From NCBI GenBank assembly GCA_964035545.1, contig OZ037772.1, positions 6,246,889 to 6,310,888 of the forward strand: 64,000 bases of DNA. The letters are read 5' to 3'. Positions 1 to 20,218 of the stretch are shown one piece after another. Source of the DNA: Bugula neritina. Its lineage: Eukaryota; Animalia; Bryozoa. Under the pieces are notes generated by a model that saw nothing but the letters and a program-made list of their open reading frames with translations, did no database searches and was not told the origin of the DNA. The first letter of the stretch is position 1; every line of letters begins with the position of its first letter. The position numbers and the translations under genes were made by a program.

Positions 1-134
1 CTGGACATATTGAACATCGACAAAGTGCCAATTGTGTTAAATTTACAGAGCTAATATCATATTCAAATAAAATAATATCTAACCAGTGTTCCAATAACTA
101 CTAGATACAATACTGTAGGACATTGTGTTTGTAG

Positions 135-1599
135 CACCGTGATGTGGAGGAATATTGTTTGGAGAGAATAAAGACAAAACCATCTGACAAACCCAGAACA
201 TGTTTAGACCTACTGTGTCTTGGATATGGCGGTGCTAGTGGTGTTTACAAGATCTACCCAACAGGGCAGGAGCATTACTCGTTTGATGTCTTCTGTGACC
301 AGAAAACTGATGGAGGTGGATGGACTGTTAGTATCAGTATTCTGTTGTTGTTATATCATAGCGGTTGTTTAAAAAGATGTTTGTTTTGATTTTCAGATTA
401 TATAGCATTCACTCTTCCCTACTACCATATTCTGATATATATATTTATATTATACGTTGGGTTAGTTTTCAACAAGGAAAATATTAAAAGCAAACTTGCA
501 GAGCAAATATCAAACCTGAGACTGCATAATAGAGATACAGTTCTGTTAACTAATAAAATTAAATTCTCTTTTTACCTAATGTTAGGTGTTTCAAAGAAGA
601 ATGGATGGCTCAGTTGATTTCTACAGAAACTGGTACAACTATAAACTGGGTTTTGGTGATTTGAATGGAGAGTTCTGGCTGGGAAATGACAAGTTGGTAG
701 CTGCTCTGCAAGCTAATCCTAAAAATGAGTTGAGATTTGACCTTGAAAGTACAACCAATGAACAAGCGTATGCTGAATACAGCAGCTTCAATGTTGGTGA
801 TGAGTCCACTGGATATATTCTCTCAGTGTCTGGCTATACTGGAACAGCAGGTATGGATTTCAAACTCAGGATGCAAATCTCTGATCAATGCCACCATTGC
901 TATTGATAAAGTAATGCTCTATCCTGTTATAGTTCATATATATACATAAATGTTACTAAACTGTCATTGAACAAGTTTGATTAAAATATGTTTGTTGCAT
1001 TAAACAGTTTTGAGATATCATTTATTTGCAGTATATCAACTTTGTGTCAATGCTCCTATATATAATATATAACACATTACTTTATAGATTAGAAATTTTG
1101 GTTATATTTTGCTATTAAATTGTAAACAAATTGTCGCAAGATATTGATTGAGAAGTAATATTATTCTCCCAACTACATTAATTTAGTTTACATTGAAACA
1201 TTTCACATTGGGAAGCCACTCAAAGCCTATAGGCTAATATTCAACTCTTTTAGAAAAACTAAATATAAATTTTAAATAAGTAATTAATGGTGTTTTTCAC
1301 TCCGTGAAAATAGTTTTTTTTACACATGGAATATTCAACTTTTAGGAGACAGCTTTTCTGCTACTCACAATGGCTTGAAGTTTTCAACACACGATAGAGA
1401 CAATGATGTCATTCCAGGCTCGTGTGCAATAGACTATGTTGGCGCCTGGTGGTATGGAAAATGTCACATTTCTAACTTGAACGGCAAGTACCTGAATGGC
1501 GCTCATACTTCTTTTGCTAATGGTATAAACTGGAAAACCTGGAAGGGATACCATTATTCTCTCAAGACCACAGAGATGAAATTCCGCGGATATTTTTAA
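135..1599 (+). CDS. FReD-1: fibrinogen-related domain protein (ficolin/tachylectin-5-like). Exons 135-326, 586-850, 1346-1599; the signal-peptide exon is presumably upstream of the window
   Basis: Spliced frame is open with GT-AG introns (phases 0 and 1). Fibrinogen C-terminal motifs: [22 protein letters not shown]|[42 protein letters not shown]...[27 protein letters not shown]. Confidence 0.93.
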
Positions 1600-2329
1600 T
1601 TTCCAAAGTTTATATAATAGCAAAGCTTAAGCATTGTCGTTTATAATTAGACATAAACTTATCATTTTACTTGTTCATAAATAAATTACATTTTTTGTAA
1701 AATTAATACGTCAAAATCTTGTCTGTGTGGCACTTTTGGGTAATATATCTTATAAAACTAAATTACAAAATAAATCAGATATGTAATCAATTTTAAAATC
1801 TACAAATGTAAACGTAAATACAAGGTTTTAGAGTTGGTTTAGTAAACATAAACATTACAATTTTTTGTCCCGAAAGCCTTGCATGCCGCTTATCAAAATT
1901 GTAGCTTTCCTGCAAAAATTTTACATAACCGCATTGTTACAGATTAGAGGATAAAATTTATTAAACAAGTGTTACAAATCTATGCTTATAACATATACTT
2001 CTTTTGTTTGGTCTTTTGTAAGACTTTCATACCATAACTATTACATACGTAACATTGCAACAAAGAATTAGAAGATGTTGAAGTGCTCATACACAATGAT
2101 ATATGTAGTATATACATATCCAAAATTTAAACAGAAACAAAAAGAACATATTTATATTTAAGTCACAACATTTACTATAACAGCATAAATGAATATATAG
2201 GATAGTATATATAGTCTACATATATGAATAGCAACTTGGTTAGTAATATATAATACAGCCTATAATACTCAAATATAGACTACAGTTAATGTAAATATAA
2301 TATAGACTCCACAAACAGTGACTCATCAT

Positions 2330-4950
2330 TCTGCATCCTGATAGAGATAGTATATATAGGCACTTAGACACCAAATCAAATCTGAGCTGTTCATATTTAA
2401 AAAGATGTTAAATCAGTTGTAACAGGCTTCTGCCAATCTAAGTTTTAGTGTAATGACAGAAAATGTATCTTAAAGTATTTCATCAATTATGTTAGTAAAT
2501 CAACCTTCATTGTTTTATTTGCTTGAAAACAAATTACAGCTTTTGTATAAAAATCAAGCATCAAAATTATTTTTTGTTTTGTATTTTTGGGCAAGATTAT
2601 ATGTATGCCAACTGTTTACTATAAACCAAACAAGAATGTAGTTTGTTGCAAACTTTACAAATGCACACATAATTCTGAAAGTAGTTACATGCAGCCTTCA
2701 ACTTGCAAACATAAACTTTAAAACGTTTTGTATTGAAACCAGTTACATATGTGTTGTCGTTGCACTAAAAGACCAAGTGTGATATTGGCCTATATATAAG
2801 CGCAAGCTTAAAAGCTAAAATAGCAGAAACCTGTTACAACTGCTCCAATATCTTTTCAATGGGCCGCATTTGATTTGGTATTGAAGTGCCTAATATTATA
2901 TGGTCTACATATGAGGACCCATGCAAGGTGGCTTCTCACTATTTATTGTGCACAGGCAGCTCATTCTTAGGCTAGCCAAATCAAATAAGCATCATTGAAA
3001 AGATATTGGAGCAGTTGCAACAGGTTTCTGCTATTTCAGCTTTTAAGCTTGCGCCTGTATATAGGTCAATATCACACTTGGTCTTTTAGTGCAATGACAA
3101 CACAAATGCATCTTAAAATATAAACTTGCTGTTTGGTGGAATAGATGAGATGCAGAATCAGTTACTAATATAATAATTCTTATGCATGTTAGCTCGTGTT
3201 TTAACTATTTCTTAGAAATATCAGTTTTACTATAGCAGTCATCCTAAACTTGAATATGGAAGCATGCAAATGAAAGAAGATTGAATTTGCACTAAATAAA
3301 ATGGAAGGTATGTATTTGTGTAAGCATTCAAAAAACCAAATTTTTAAATGAAGATGAAAAGTTTAGAGATAAAATAGATAACATCTGAAGACAAAGGATT
3401 TGATGTTCAAAATGTAAGCTGTGTGCTAGATGTGAACATAATTATATTTGGAATGTTATATAGAACTTAGTATTCACTAACATAATCATGGCTGCTTGGA
3501 TTTCGATTGAACTCCTTTCAATGGCCCGTCTGGGTCACAAATTTGCTTTGAATTAAACATATAAATGCTATCTATTGTGATTATATATCTTTACATTCCT
3601 TCCTAAGCTGAGACTCCATCACTGCTGACTTTTTCAATTTGCATTTTGTCTAGCAATCGCCTTAAGAAATCAAAATTTTGTAATTTATTTCTATGCATGC
3701 AAATAAAAGAAGATCAAATTTGCACTTGATAAAATGCAAGATACTTTTATTAACGTCTGAAAAGCTAAATACCAGCGGATGAACTTAGAAAATGGACTAA
3801 ACAAGGATCAAATAGATACTATATATGGAAACAATTGAATTGACATCAACAAATAATAGCACTATGCTGTGAACATATTATATACATGAGTTTGAAAAGC
3901 CAATGAAATACTAAATATTTTAATCTTAGACAACAGCAGAGCAGACTCATGCCTTGGCAGTTTGATAATGGACGTATTTTACTCAAATAAAACAAGACTA
4001 TATTTGCACGATTTCAAAAAGTACCTGATATACCTACAGAACAATAGATACAAGAAAAACTGTATTATTTGTGTTATAATGGTATATGTATAGGGAGCAG
4101 CTGTGGTCTAGAGGTTAGAGCGTTTGCTTATATAGCATGCTATATAGTTAGAAAGTTCCTTGTTGGCTGAAAGTCAATTTTCACTAACATAATTAGCTTC
4201 TTGGAATTTCTATTGAACTCACATAATTTCAAAAGCATTTTTAGATCACAAATTTGCTTTGCACTAAGGATATACTTGCTATCTATTATGGTTATATAAT
4301 TCTGTATAATCTATCTCTACATCAGACCCAATCGCTGTTGACTTTCTTGATTTGCATTTCACTTATATAACAATCGCCTTGAAATCAAAATGCTGAAGTT
4401 TTCCTTGTAATCTATTTCCATGCATGCAAATGGAAAAAGATCAAATCTGCACTCAGTATAAAAATGACATGATTTTATTAGCATTTGAAAAAACTAAATA
4501 CCAGCGCATGAACTTGAAAAAAATTGATTAAACAAAGATCAAATAGATAATATATAGACACAATTGAATTTACGTCATAAAATGATAGCACTATGCTGTG
4601 AACATACATGCATTCAGGAAGTTCCGTGTTGACTAAAAATCAATATTCACTAATTTAGGTAATATACTATATAATGAGCTGCTTGAATTTGGCATTGCGC
4701 CCCAGTTTTCAAATGCACGTTTAGACCACAAATAGGCTACGTTAAGAATTTTGTTTATATGCTTTTTGTTTCAATTGCGCAGTTTTAAACCATATGCAAA
4801 CTTAGACACTTTCATTGAAAACATATTCACTTTGCAGGAGCACGGTGGTGAAATGTAACCGAATGTGCATGAACAATCAACCAATTTTAGAATAACAATT
4901 AATGGGAAGGATATTTTCTTGTAGATATCGGTATTTGTGTTATAATTATA
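2330..4950. repeat. Rearranged copy of the ~2-2.6 kb repeat unit arrayed at 28.8-39.3 kb
   Basis: Shares blocks such as aaagttccttgttggctgaaagtcaat and ggaagttccgtgttgactaaaaatcaat with 29.3-30.1, 31.9-32.6, 34.4-35.1 and 37.7-38.5 kb. Boundaries are approximate. Confidence 0.8.
2747..3108. repeat. Long imperfect inverted repeat (~130-bp arms, ~95-bp spacer)
   Basis: gtgttgtcgttgcactaaaagaccaagtgtgatattggcctat...ctgctccaatatcttttcaatg is the reverse complement of cattgaaaagatattggagcag...ataggtcaatatcacacttggtcttttagtgcaatgacaacac. Confidence 0.9.
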
Positions 4951-5076
4951 ATATAATTAAATTACTATAATAAATAGTTTTTTGCGCCATCCTTGAATTA
5001 TATAAATTCACAACTTCATATACTTATTAAAAATACTACAGCTGAGGTAATGACAATTGTCATTGCTAAATTGTAG

Positions 5077-6698
5077 CTAGATCTATGCTTGAATGTATGA
5101 ATGAGTGTAGTTTTCTCCAAACTCAGTGTCAGTCTGGTGTCTTTGAGTCAGCAAACAGAACTTGTGGACTGTTTAATGAACCTTTAGTAGAGGTGGAGGA
5201 AGGAAACTTGGAGGAGATGGTTTACTTCATGAAGATCTTTTCAACGACAAGTATATATGTAACATTATTTGCTCAAATCTCTGAAGCAAAGTCTACTTAT
5301 GTTTTACAGCAATTCTTTAAAAACTTCAAACCAAGTTTTATATCATAAATGGTAAATCTAAGAATTGATTTAGAAGGCATTTAACTTTGAATCTACTGAA
5401 TCCACAAAAATAAATGTGCATTAAAAATTTCTTTAGCTCTGTGTCCGTTCCTATTGCTAATATTGTTTTGTTTTCCATTTAGGGGAACTTTTCTTCCTCA
5501 ATCAAACATTTTCTGATGTCATGAGATTTTACCATCAAAGAAAAGGTGAAGGTTATGAGTCATGCCTGTCTCTCTGCTCCTGTAACCAATCATGTGTTGC
5601 TGTGTCATATGACAAGAATACATCAACCTGTTTCCTGTCTGATAAACCAGAAGTGATAATCAACACAGAGCAGACTAGTAGACTGTGTTCTGTTAAGAAG
5701 GGGGTTTCTGAAGATTTGGTAATTTATGGATTCTTTACTGATCTTGCTAGAAGTAAGGAAAGTTCAAAAATTCATCACAGTTTATCAGGCTTAAAATTTA
5801 ACAATGCATATATTTTGCTTGTACAGCACGAGATGGTGTATAAATGTTTCAACAAGCTACTTGATCTATTTGTTACAAGATAGCAATCTATATATAATAG
5901 ATTAATTGTTACGTAACAACTATAGTTTGAACATTACTGTTTGAATGATGAATTGTAGATGAAACAGTTACTTTAAGTAGTGTAATGGCTGAAAGCTATG
6001 TGGGACAAAAGGTGATTGATGAAATTTATCTCCCATCCACTTCTGACATTGAGGAGCATCAAAGCTTAGCATTTACCCAAAAAGAACTGTCTCCATGGAT
6101 ACAAGTAGACTTAGCTACCAACTATCTGGTTGAGGGTGTCAAGATCTGGGACAGATCTGAGGCTACCAACCAAGGTGAGTCAATAAACAGCTTTTGGCTA
6201 TAATAAGTTGTAATAGTCTTTTATAATATATCACTGTGAAACATATTTTATATGATGAGCTATATATGCATTTATATATATGTTACATGCAGTAGCTATA
6301 TAGTGTAATATAGTTGATTATAAGGCTATTTGTCCACCTTCCGAAACATAGTCCAAAATAGAATATTTTACACATATATTATAATACAATCATTGAGCTT
6401 ATTAGTTAACAAAATAACTCTATTGTTTTTTGATGGTATAGTTCAGAATGACAGACTGGGTAATGTGAGAATAACAGTTGGTGAAACTAATACTAACTTT
6501 GATGATCCACCAGCAAATGAGATCTGTGACTACCTTCCTGGACAACCACCTGCAGATATATTTCTGGTTACATGTCATACTAGAATGTATGGTAGATATG
6601 TGAGAGTAACAGCTGTTGAAGTGAATGACTTTTTTAATATTTATGAGCTTGAAATTCATGGGTTAAAAGTTGTTGAACACCATGGTGATGGCGAGTGA
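5077..6698 (+). CDS. PAN/Apple-PAN/Apple-F-type lectin gene copy A. Exons 5077-5250, 5483-5752, 5959-6174, 6442-6698; no signal-peptide exon found
   Basis: Four open exons with GT-AG phase-1 introns and the same sizes as paralogs (174/270/216 nt). PAN-like CxxxC..C..F/Y....C patterns (ECMNECSFLQTQCQSGVFESANRTC; SCLSLCSCNQSCVAVSYDKNTSTCFL). F-lectin motifs DLA, SPWIQVDL, VKIWDR, RLGNVRITVG, C...C..RMYGRYVRV, IYELEIHG. Confidence 0.82.
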
Positions 6699-8094
6699 TG
6701 TTATACAGTGTCATAATAAAATTGAGTAAGATGTCACTGCAATACTGTTCCAGCATCTAAACTAAGCGCTTTAGATATCATATTTTGTCTTTGCTTGGTA
6801 TATAATATATGTTTGTGTACATGTATGTGTGTTTCTGATTTTCTGTGTGTTTGAATCTGTGCTTTAACTTTGGAAAGTTTAAAATAGACAAAAAACAACC
6901 AGCTTTTTGACTGGTTATAACAAGAATTTCAGAAACATTAATTTAGAACTATATGTACACCTATCACATAAGTCTTGAAGAAAAGCAGTGTAATGTAGCA
7001 TTTTATTTTCTAAGTATAATAGCTGTATAAGTATGTTTATATTTGTGTGTTATATATGCTTGATCAGAGAGAGGGTTTATCAGCATTTCTATTATAAATT
7101 GTCCTCTCATTTGCAAGAGTATGCTGCATTGCCTTCTTTTTTATATTTCTCATTTACTTCTCATATTGAAAGTTTGATAATATTTTTGAATAATATATAA
7201 TAACTAGTCTGGTTTTTTTTCAAGTGGCAATCTAGAAAATTAATTCTCTTCACTTAATTTTTTTTTAAACATTCTGATCTATTTAGCATTTATACCACAT
7301 GTAAGCTTATTGTAATTGTGCTTTTAAATGTCTAATTCATATGCTATAATGTATTAACTTGATAAGGTCCAATGTTGTAAACTAAAATCACATTGAAAAC
7401 TACTGCAAAATAATTTATTAAAAAAATATTTAAATGTTTGAATCCATTTGTAAAACATGTTATTAAAGAGCTACATTTCTTCATTGAGAATTGTAAAAAC
7501 AAACTATTGTATAAAAAAAGATGAATTTTTCAATATTTTTTTATCTGTAAGTGATGGTGTTGTTTTATTTCTTTGAGTATCTTTTCAACTAATTTTGCCT
7601 TTTTGTAGTAGTTTATCATAATTATGTATGTAAAAAAGTATAAAATCCTATGCCAAATAAATAGTTGAGCATTGGGCAAAATTCACGTTACTGAATGCCG
7701 ATAGAAAATCACATTTTCACTTTTGAAGACACTTTATAGAAAAATAGTAGCAAATAAAATAAATAAGATATTAAAATAGGTAAAGCAAACATATAACCCA
7801 CAAATTATATGATTCTTAGCAATGCAAAAAAAACAATAACACTGCATCTATTGACGAGCTTTATAGTTCCTCTGTAAAGCTGGAACCTGATTGGTCAAAC
7901 TCGCCTGACCTAAGAGCAGATAGCTTGTACAATTTGGTTAACTGCATGCAGTTATTGAATTACCTAAATTAATTTATTAACGGTTTGTTCATGGCATTGC
8001 CTATAACTAATGAAAACAGTAGTGGATATAGTCAGTGTATATGCATATTATTTAGCTAATTTGAACAGTGGTTATATATTATGTATCTAGAAAT

Positions 8095-8307
8095 GGGAGC
8101 AACCATGGTCAAAGGGCTAGAGCATTTGCTTATTAGACACAAAGTCATGGGTCCAAACCCTGACAAAGGCCATTGGTGATGTCAGGAAGAGCATCCAATC
8201 ATAATTGCTCCTGTGCCTCATCTGAATAAATCCTTAACCTAATTTAACAAAAATCCTTTCCATCAATGGTTTCTCATGAGGATTTCGATTATAAACTTGC
8301 TTGAGTT
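8095..8307 (+). mobile_element. tRNA-derived SINE copy
   Basis: A-box-like tggtcaaagggctagag and B-box-like gggtccaaaccc. The body (cattggtgatgtcaggaagagcat...cctcatctgaataa...aaacttgc) recurs at 18.3, 30.6, 35.6 and 38.9 kb. Confidence 0.7.
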
Positions 8308-9364
8308 CCCAGGTAATTTCAGACTGCAGAGTCATCGATCCATGACATCTTTTGACTTATTTTAGTATTTATGTAGTATATTGTATAACACTTGCAGCAT
8401 AAATAATTTATAATGTGATTTATGTGAATGATTTGTGGTATATGTGGAGTTTAATAGCCTTGGTTCACCAGACTCTCCCAAACACTGCAGTCACAAGCTA
8501 TAGCTTGTCATGAGGCAGTCATAGCACTATGTTGGTGTCACCAACACTGACAAGATGTCACAAATAAACAGCTGACAAAAGGATAGTTAGTTCAGCTATT
8601 CACTTGGAACTGAGGGATCAAAGGTCTATAACTCAGTAGAGTTCAATATATTATAAATAATTGCTAACTGACTACCAGACGCTATTCAAGTGCTGCTAAT
8701 ATCACAACTTTTAACTAGATCTGTTAATTAAAGAATTTCTTTTTTTAAATTGTGCAAACAGTATTTTCTAAAGTACGAAATGTGTAAATTTACACGACAA
8801 TACAGTAGTCGTGTTCTCTTGCTATATTCAAGTGGGGAGTTGTCTGCGTTTCTTGAACCGAAAGTTAATTATAAAATGTATGTACTAATAAGATATGCCA
8901 TATTGCTAGACAGTTTGCAAACCGGTGAGCTTGCAAGGGGGTGATGGTAATGAACCATTTTATTATAATAATTTTACTAACAAAACTATGATATGGTATA
9001 TCAATTATATGGCTAACAATATTGTTATTTAAGATAGCAGAGCTGATGATTAGTAATTGAGATATAAAAGAAGATTAAATAAATGCATTAATGTAGAAGC
9101 ATATTCAGGTGACAAAATTGCAAAAGTTGTATAAGTACAACAAACTATACAGTATGTTATGTATTATTTGCGTATTTGTAGCATACGATATCAGGTAGTT
9201 TTAGTTGTCAAAAACTGATTTTATATCCATCAAAGTGTTATTTATGTAATGAAAATTAGACAAGCCCAAAAGACACAAGTGCAAACACACGTGAACACTT
9301 TACTTAAAACAGCTCATTCTTTGCATGCTAATGTTCAATTTTTATTAGCGCTATATCATGCACA

Positions 9365-14929
<5,565 letters not shown>

Positions 14930-15339
14930 GTTTGAAATAAAAACTCAGTGAGATATAGCATATATAGACAATTACTCTTTGTTTATGAAATTGCGATGCG
15001 CCACCTTTCATGCAAAATGTCCAAATGACAAAAGAGCACATGGTAATATATTATGTACATCTACCTTTATGGTGATTCATCCTGATATCAGTTATTATAA
15101 ATATTCATCACAATGAATTATTGATACAATGTATAATTTATTTTGCCAAAAGCTTAATTAATAGCCTAATTATAATGTACCTCTGCAGACTCACTTGCTA
15201 TAATCACTAGAATAAAAAACCTTGTATTGGTCGAGAGCTTTTTGCATTTTTAAAAATACTACACAATACCCTTTATGTTCATGTTTTATTTAACTTATTC
15301 CCAAAGGAAAAACTAAACATTAAAATAAGAGTTATTCAG

Positions 15340-16190
15340 TGTTTGTTTGTTTGTTTTCTTTATTTCCATCAAAAAAAAACAAAAGGACAAAAAAATACAA
15401 ATATACAACAGTAACACAAAAAGAGCTAAATTCAATTTATATATAATATGAATCGAAGTCAAGATGGGGGCCCATGTGCTCAGTAGCATAGCTATTCAAG
15501 GAGCGGGGCCCAAGTGGCAGTTGAAAAAATAGTAGGAATTATTTATTCAGATTAAGTTAAAGATTTTAGTAGGTGCTTTTTCAACAATATTTTAAATGTG
15601 GCAAAGCTTTGATGATGTCTTAAAGTCAGAGGTAGTTTATTCCAATTGCTAGACATCTGGTAGGACACTTGACGATGACCTGCTGCGGAGGTAGAGAGAG
15701 GTAAGGGTAAGGAAAGTTCAGAATGTCTGGTGAGGTAAGTTGGTGGTTGTTTGGTGTGAGATGGAGTATAATAAGCTGAATGACCAAGAAGACATAGGCA
15801 GTAAATATACAAGAGATCAATAGGAAGAATTTCTGCTTTGATAAATAGAGGTGACGTGTGTTCAGTAGGTGATTTGTGGAAAATAATGCGAATAATGCGT
15901 TTTTGAATTAAAAGCAACTTGTTCAGATGGGTTTTAGGGGCATTTCCCCAGGCTTCTAAGCAATATGTAAGTTTGCTGTTTATCAGACTGTTATATAATA
16001 AAATCAAAGCTTTGTATGGTAAAAACTTTGAAGCTAAGTATATCATACCAGTTACTTTGTTGAGCTGAGTCCTTAAAGAATTTATATGAGCACACCAGTT
16101 TAAGTTAATGTCAATGACTACACCTAAAAATTTTATTTCTGAGCTAGGTGAGAGAGGTATATTGTCAATATTGTTGAGTTTCGATTGTAT
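15340..16190 (-). mobile_element. 3' fragment of a CR1/L2/Crack-type LINE
   Basis: Post-RT region IKFLGVVIDINLNWCAHIN...LYNSLINSKLTYCLEAWG...LLLIQKRIIRII...HTSPLF...WNKLP. The 3' end on the minus strand has aataaa plus a (caaa)n tail at ~15340-15365. Confidence 0.85.
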
Positions 16191-17197
16191 GAATAATGTA
16201 ATATATAGAAATATGCCTATATAAGCTGAGTTATGCATAAGCATCGTTTCTTTATATTTCATTTATTAATAATAGTATGAACCTTAGAGAGTATAATTTC
16301 TCTTGTTTACAGCTTGTATCATCTATAACATTTGTGTCTCTCCACCACTGGTTTTATTGTTATAGGTGAAGTCATGAAAAGTCTTTTAATCACATTAGTT
16401 TAGGTAAGTGGTTAGCTATATTCAATCAATTTGTTATACAATTTATCTAATCTTTTAATTGGTGAGCCGAGGTATACCAATCAGATTTCAGCATTAGATA
16501 ACAAATGAAGTCCTTCAAGGCAATAGATACACTTCTGTCACCTTGATGTATCAATAATAATCACACAATGAATATAGGTAGATTTTTTATCGTACTCAGC
16601 TTTTAAGCGATTAATTTTGATCTGTTTTAACATCATTAATCTTTTTTGCTATAATCCTTGCCTATCTCTATATAAATCATCTTCAAAAATAAACACAATA
16701 GTTTCATATCAGCATTCAGTAATGTGAATTTTGCCTAATGCTCAATTAATAATATTTGGCAAAGCGTTTTATGTCTTTGTAAATGCCTAAATAATTTTTA
16801 TATGTAACCACAAAGAAGCAAAAATGGTGGAAAATATCATGATTGGCCTGTGGGGATTGACTCTGATTGGCGGGTGGGAGCTCCGGCGATGTCAACGTAG
16901 AGAGTGGTACGGTGCCCCATTTGATTGCTATCATCTCTTGGAACTTTTACAATGTAATATAATATCGCGTCTTCTGCTGCAGGTATTTAATACATGGGAG
17001 GTTGGGGAGCATACTTCCTACAGCCACTACACACCACTACTCCTGCACCTATTCATTTCATGGTTAATTATTAACTTAATAATTCTAAAGAGGTTCTGAA
17101 TAAACACTGATATTAATAAACTAATTACGGAAGATATTTTACAAGAAACCATTGCTATTGTACTTCAGGCTTAAGTTTTAGTTATATATATTTTTAC

Positions 17198-18830
17198 TGG
17201 TGGTTAAAGATAATTTTATAAAATAAATCATCTCCTCCAAGTTTCCTTTTTCCAGCTCTACTAAAGATTCATTGAATAGTCTACAAGTTCTGGTCACTGA
17301 TTCAAAAACACCAGACTGACACTGACTGTGGAGATTACTGCATTGAGTCATACACCCAAGAGTAGAGCGACTTAAAAATCAATAAAGTTTTTCTACTCTT
17401 CAACTTTGTAGTTTATTTTAAATTAAAAAGATATAAGCTAACAGTGAAAAAATACCCTGCATCTACTAAGCATTACTGTTAGCAAACATATAGAATGTCT
17501 TTACCGAATTAAAATATATGATTCTTTATGCTAACGTTAATTAATATTTTAGTATATACTGTAACCTGATATAATAAAAATTTTGGCTTTAGAACAATGC
17601 ATCTAATTCAGACCAAATAGTTGCAAACAAAAGCTAATCTAAAAATCATAATATTTCACCTGTGTATTTATATAGGCTACATGCATAAATTTGTTTATAG
17701 GCAAGTTTAGTAAAAATCTTTTTGCGAATGAATTATTAATGTTTTCACAGGTTTTTGCAAAAAAAGATCAATAATTGAGCTTATTTATAGTCAATGCTCT
17801 GATTGTGTATACTAACTGCTTTTTATAGGTGCTAATAATTTGTTGAGCAAAAGGGCAGTTTAATTCATTTTGCCTGCACACGTATTAAATTGGACAATAT
17901 AACTTCCTGCGTACTATAGCCTTATATTATATAGCTTACATGTATATGATGTAAAATATATTGTCTTTATCTTCTTTTAATATCATATTACTGTAATTTG
18001 ACTGAAAGGAGAACAACTTCCAATTGTAATAATATGTTAGGGTAAGTTGCCTTCACAACTTTTTTTTAAAATAGTCGTTGAAATTTTCCTCCACTGGGAT
18101 TTGAACCTCGAAAGCTAATGAATAAACTTAACACATCATGTAGTGTTTGATTCATATGAAGCTAAGTTGTTATAAATATATTCTTCAACAAGTAACATAG
18201 CACAGAATCTTATAAGAGAAAATATGATATACAGAACACATTAAATAACACATACTATGGTAGAGCCGTGGCCTAGGGGTTAGAGTAAACATGAGGTCAT
18301 GAGTTCAAGCCCAGACAAAGCCCATTGGTGATGCAAAGAAGAGCATGCAGTCATATAATTGCTCCTGTGCTTTATTTGAATAAGTTTTTAGCCTGATTAA
18401 CAAAAACCCTTTCCACCGGGAGGGGGGGGGTTTCGCAGGAATAGCAGCTACATACACTTGCATGAGTTTAAACTTGCATGAGTTAAACAACATATAAACT
18501 CACTGAACAATTGGTATTTATTCAATAAAAATAAATATAGAGCAAATACAGCTTCTCTGAAAAGAAAATTGTAAAATGTAAAGTGTTAAAACAGTTGTAA
18601 AATTAGGTTATGCTTTCATTGATTACTGGTTGAATAGCTTAGAGCACAAAATCACTATTTTTCAACAGCTGAAATATTGTACCTTTTCTAGACTCCTGCA
18701 GAATCTGAAATCCTGAAATGTTGTATCCAGAGATCTGCTTTGTGCGATAATATTCTTCAGCAGGATCTATCAAAGCCACAACTGGTAGAAATTGTGACAC
18801 CAACAACATGTACACTAAGAGTAGCTCCAT
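17198..18830 (-). pseudogene. Partial PAN-F-lectin duplicate B' (exon 1 at 18830-18683, exon 2 at 17371-17198 only)
   Basis: Exon 1 reads MELLLVYMLLVSQFLPVVALIDPAEEYYRTKQISGYNISGFQILQESRK|gt. Exon 2 is open and homologous to 11205-11378, but its in-frame acceptor reads ttttAA|gtcgc (copy C: ttttAG|gtcgc). No exons 3-5 occur before gene B. Confidence 0.75.
18259..18486 (+). mobile_element. tRNA-derived SINE copy
   Basis: gtggcctaggggttagag (A box), gagttcaagccc (B box), and the same body as the 8095 copy. Confidence 0.7.
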
Positions 18831-19474
18831 GTTTGAAATAACAACTCTACTTGTGAAAAACATTTGACCAACTATTTGCTCATAGAATTGCTATGCCACT
18901 CAGAAGCATTTATACATGAATATATTTTTATGATGATGTATTATATTACGTTCAATTGAATTAAATTATTAATTCCTTTCAATTGAAAAACATTTGAAAA
19001 ACTATGTGTTTGCAGAATTTGTTTGGAGAGTTGCTAAGACACCCAGGGGCACAAAAGAACATGTCTAGTTATATATGCATATATATTTGTAACTATTTAT
19101 TATATTAAGTTCAATTATTATTGTCACACTTGTCATGCAAATCCCAGACAGCTAAACTTTTATTATTATAATGTATAACTTGTATTCCTGGTTCACCTGA
19201 TTACACTAGTTGTAATGAGTGCATGATTGCCTCATATATATAGCAACAGGGGCCCTATGGTATTGTCTACTGCTTTGTTTGTAATGGCTCTTTTGGTTAT
19301 GATGCTTCATTGAAACTCTGTTTGAGACACATGCAGTTGTGATTTATCTTACTTATCGTATAGAGGTATAAACCCATTCACAAGTCTCCACTAAATCCTG
19401 CACAAATAGCTACAACTCATTAGTTTAAGTTAGTATATTGTAGCCAATAGGAATAATACTTCAACTGAATGATA

Positions 19475-20218
<744 letters not shown>

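Noticed and set aside
6420-6659. Repeated antisense or off-frame ORFs over exons (also 737-949, 1384-1623, 22643-22891, 41245-41448, 54968-55153)
   Set aside because: They are shadows of conserved real exons; their recurrence follows from paralogy.
8095-8165. tRNA genes at A/B-box sequences
   Set aside because: No convincing cloverleaf; each is followed by the same non-tRNA body, as expected for a SINE.
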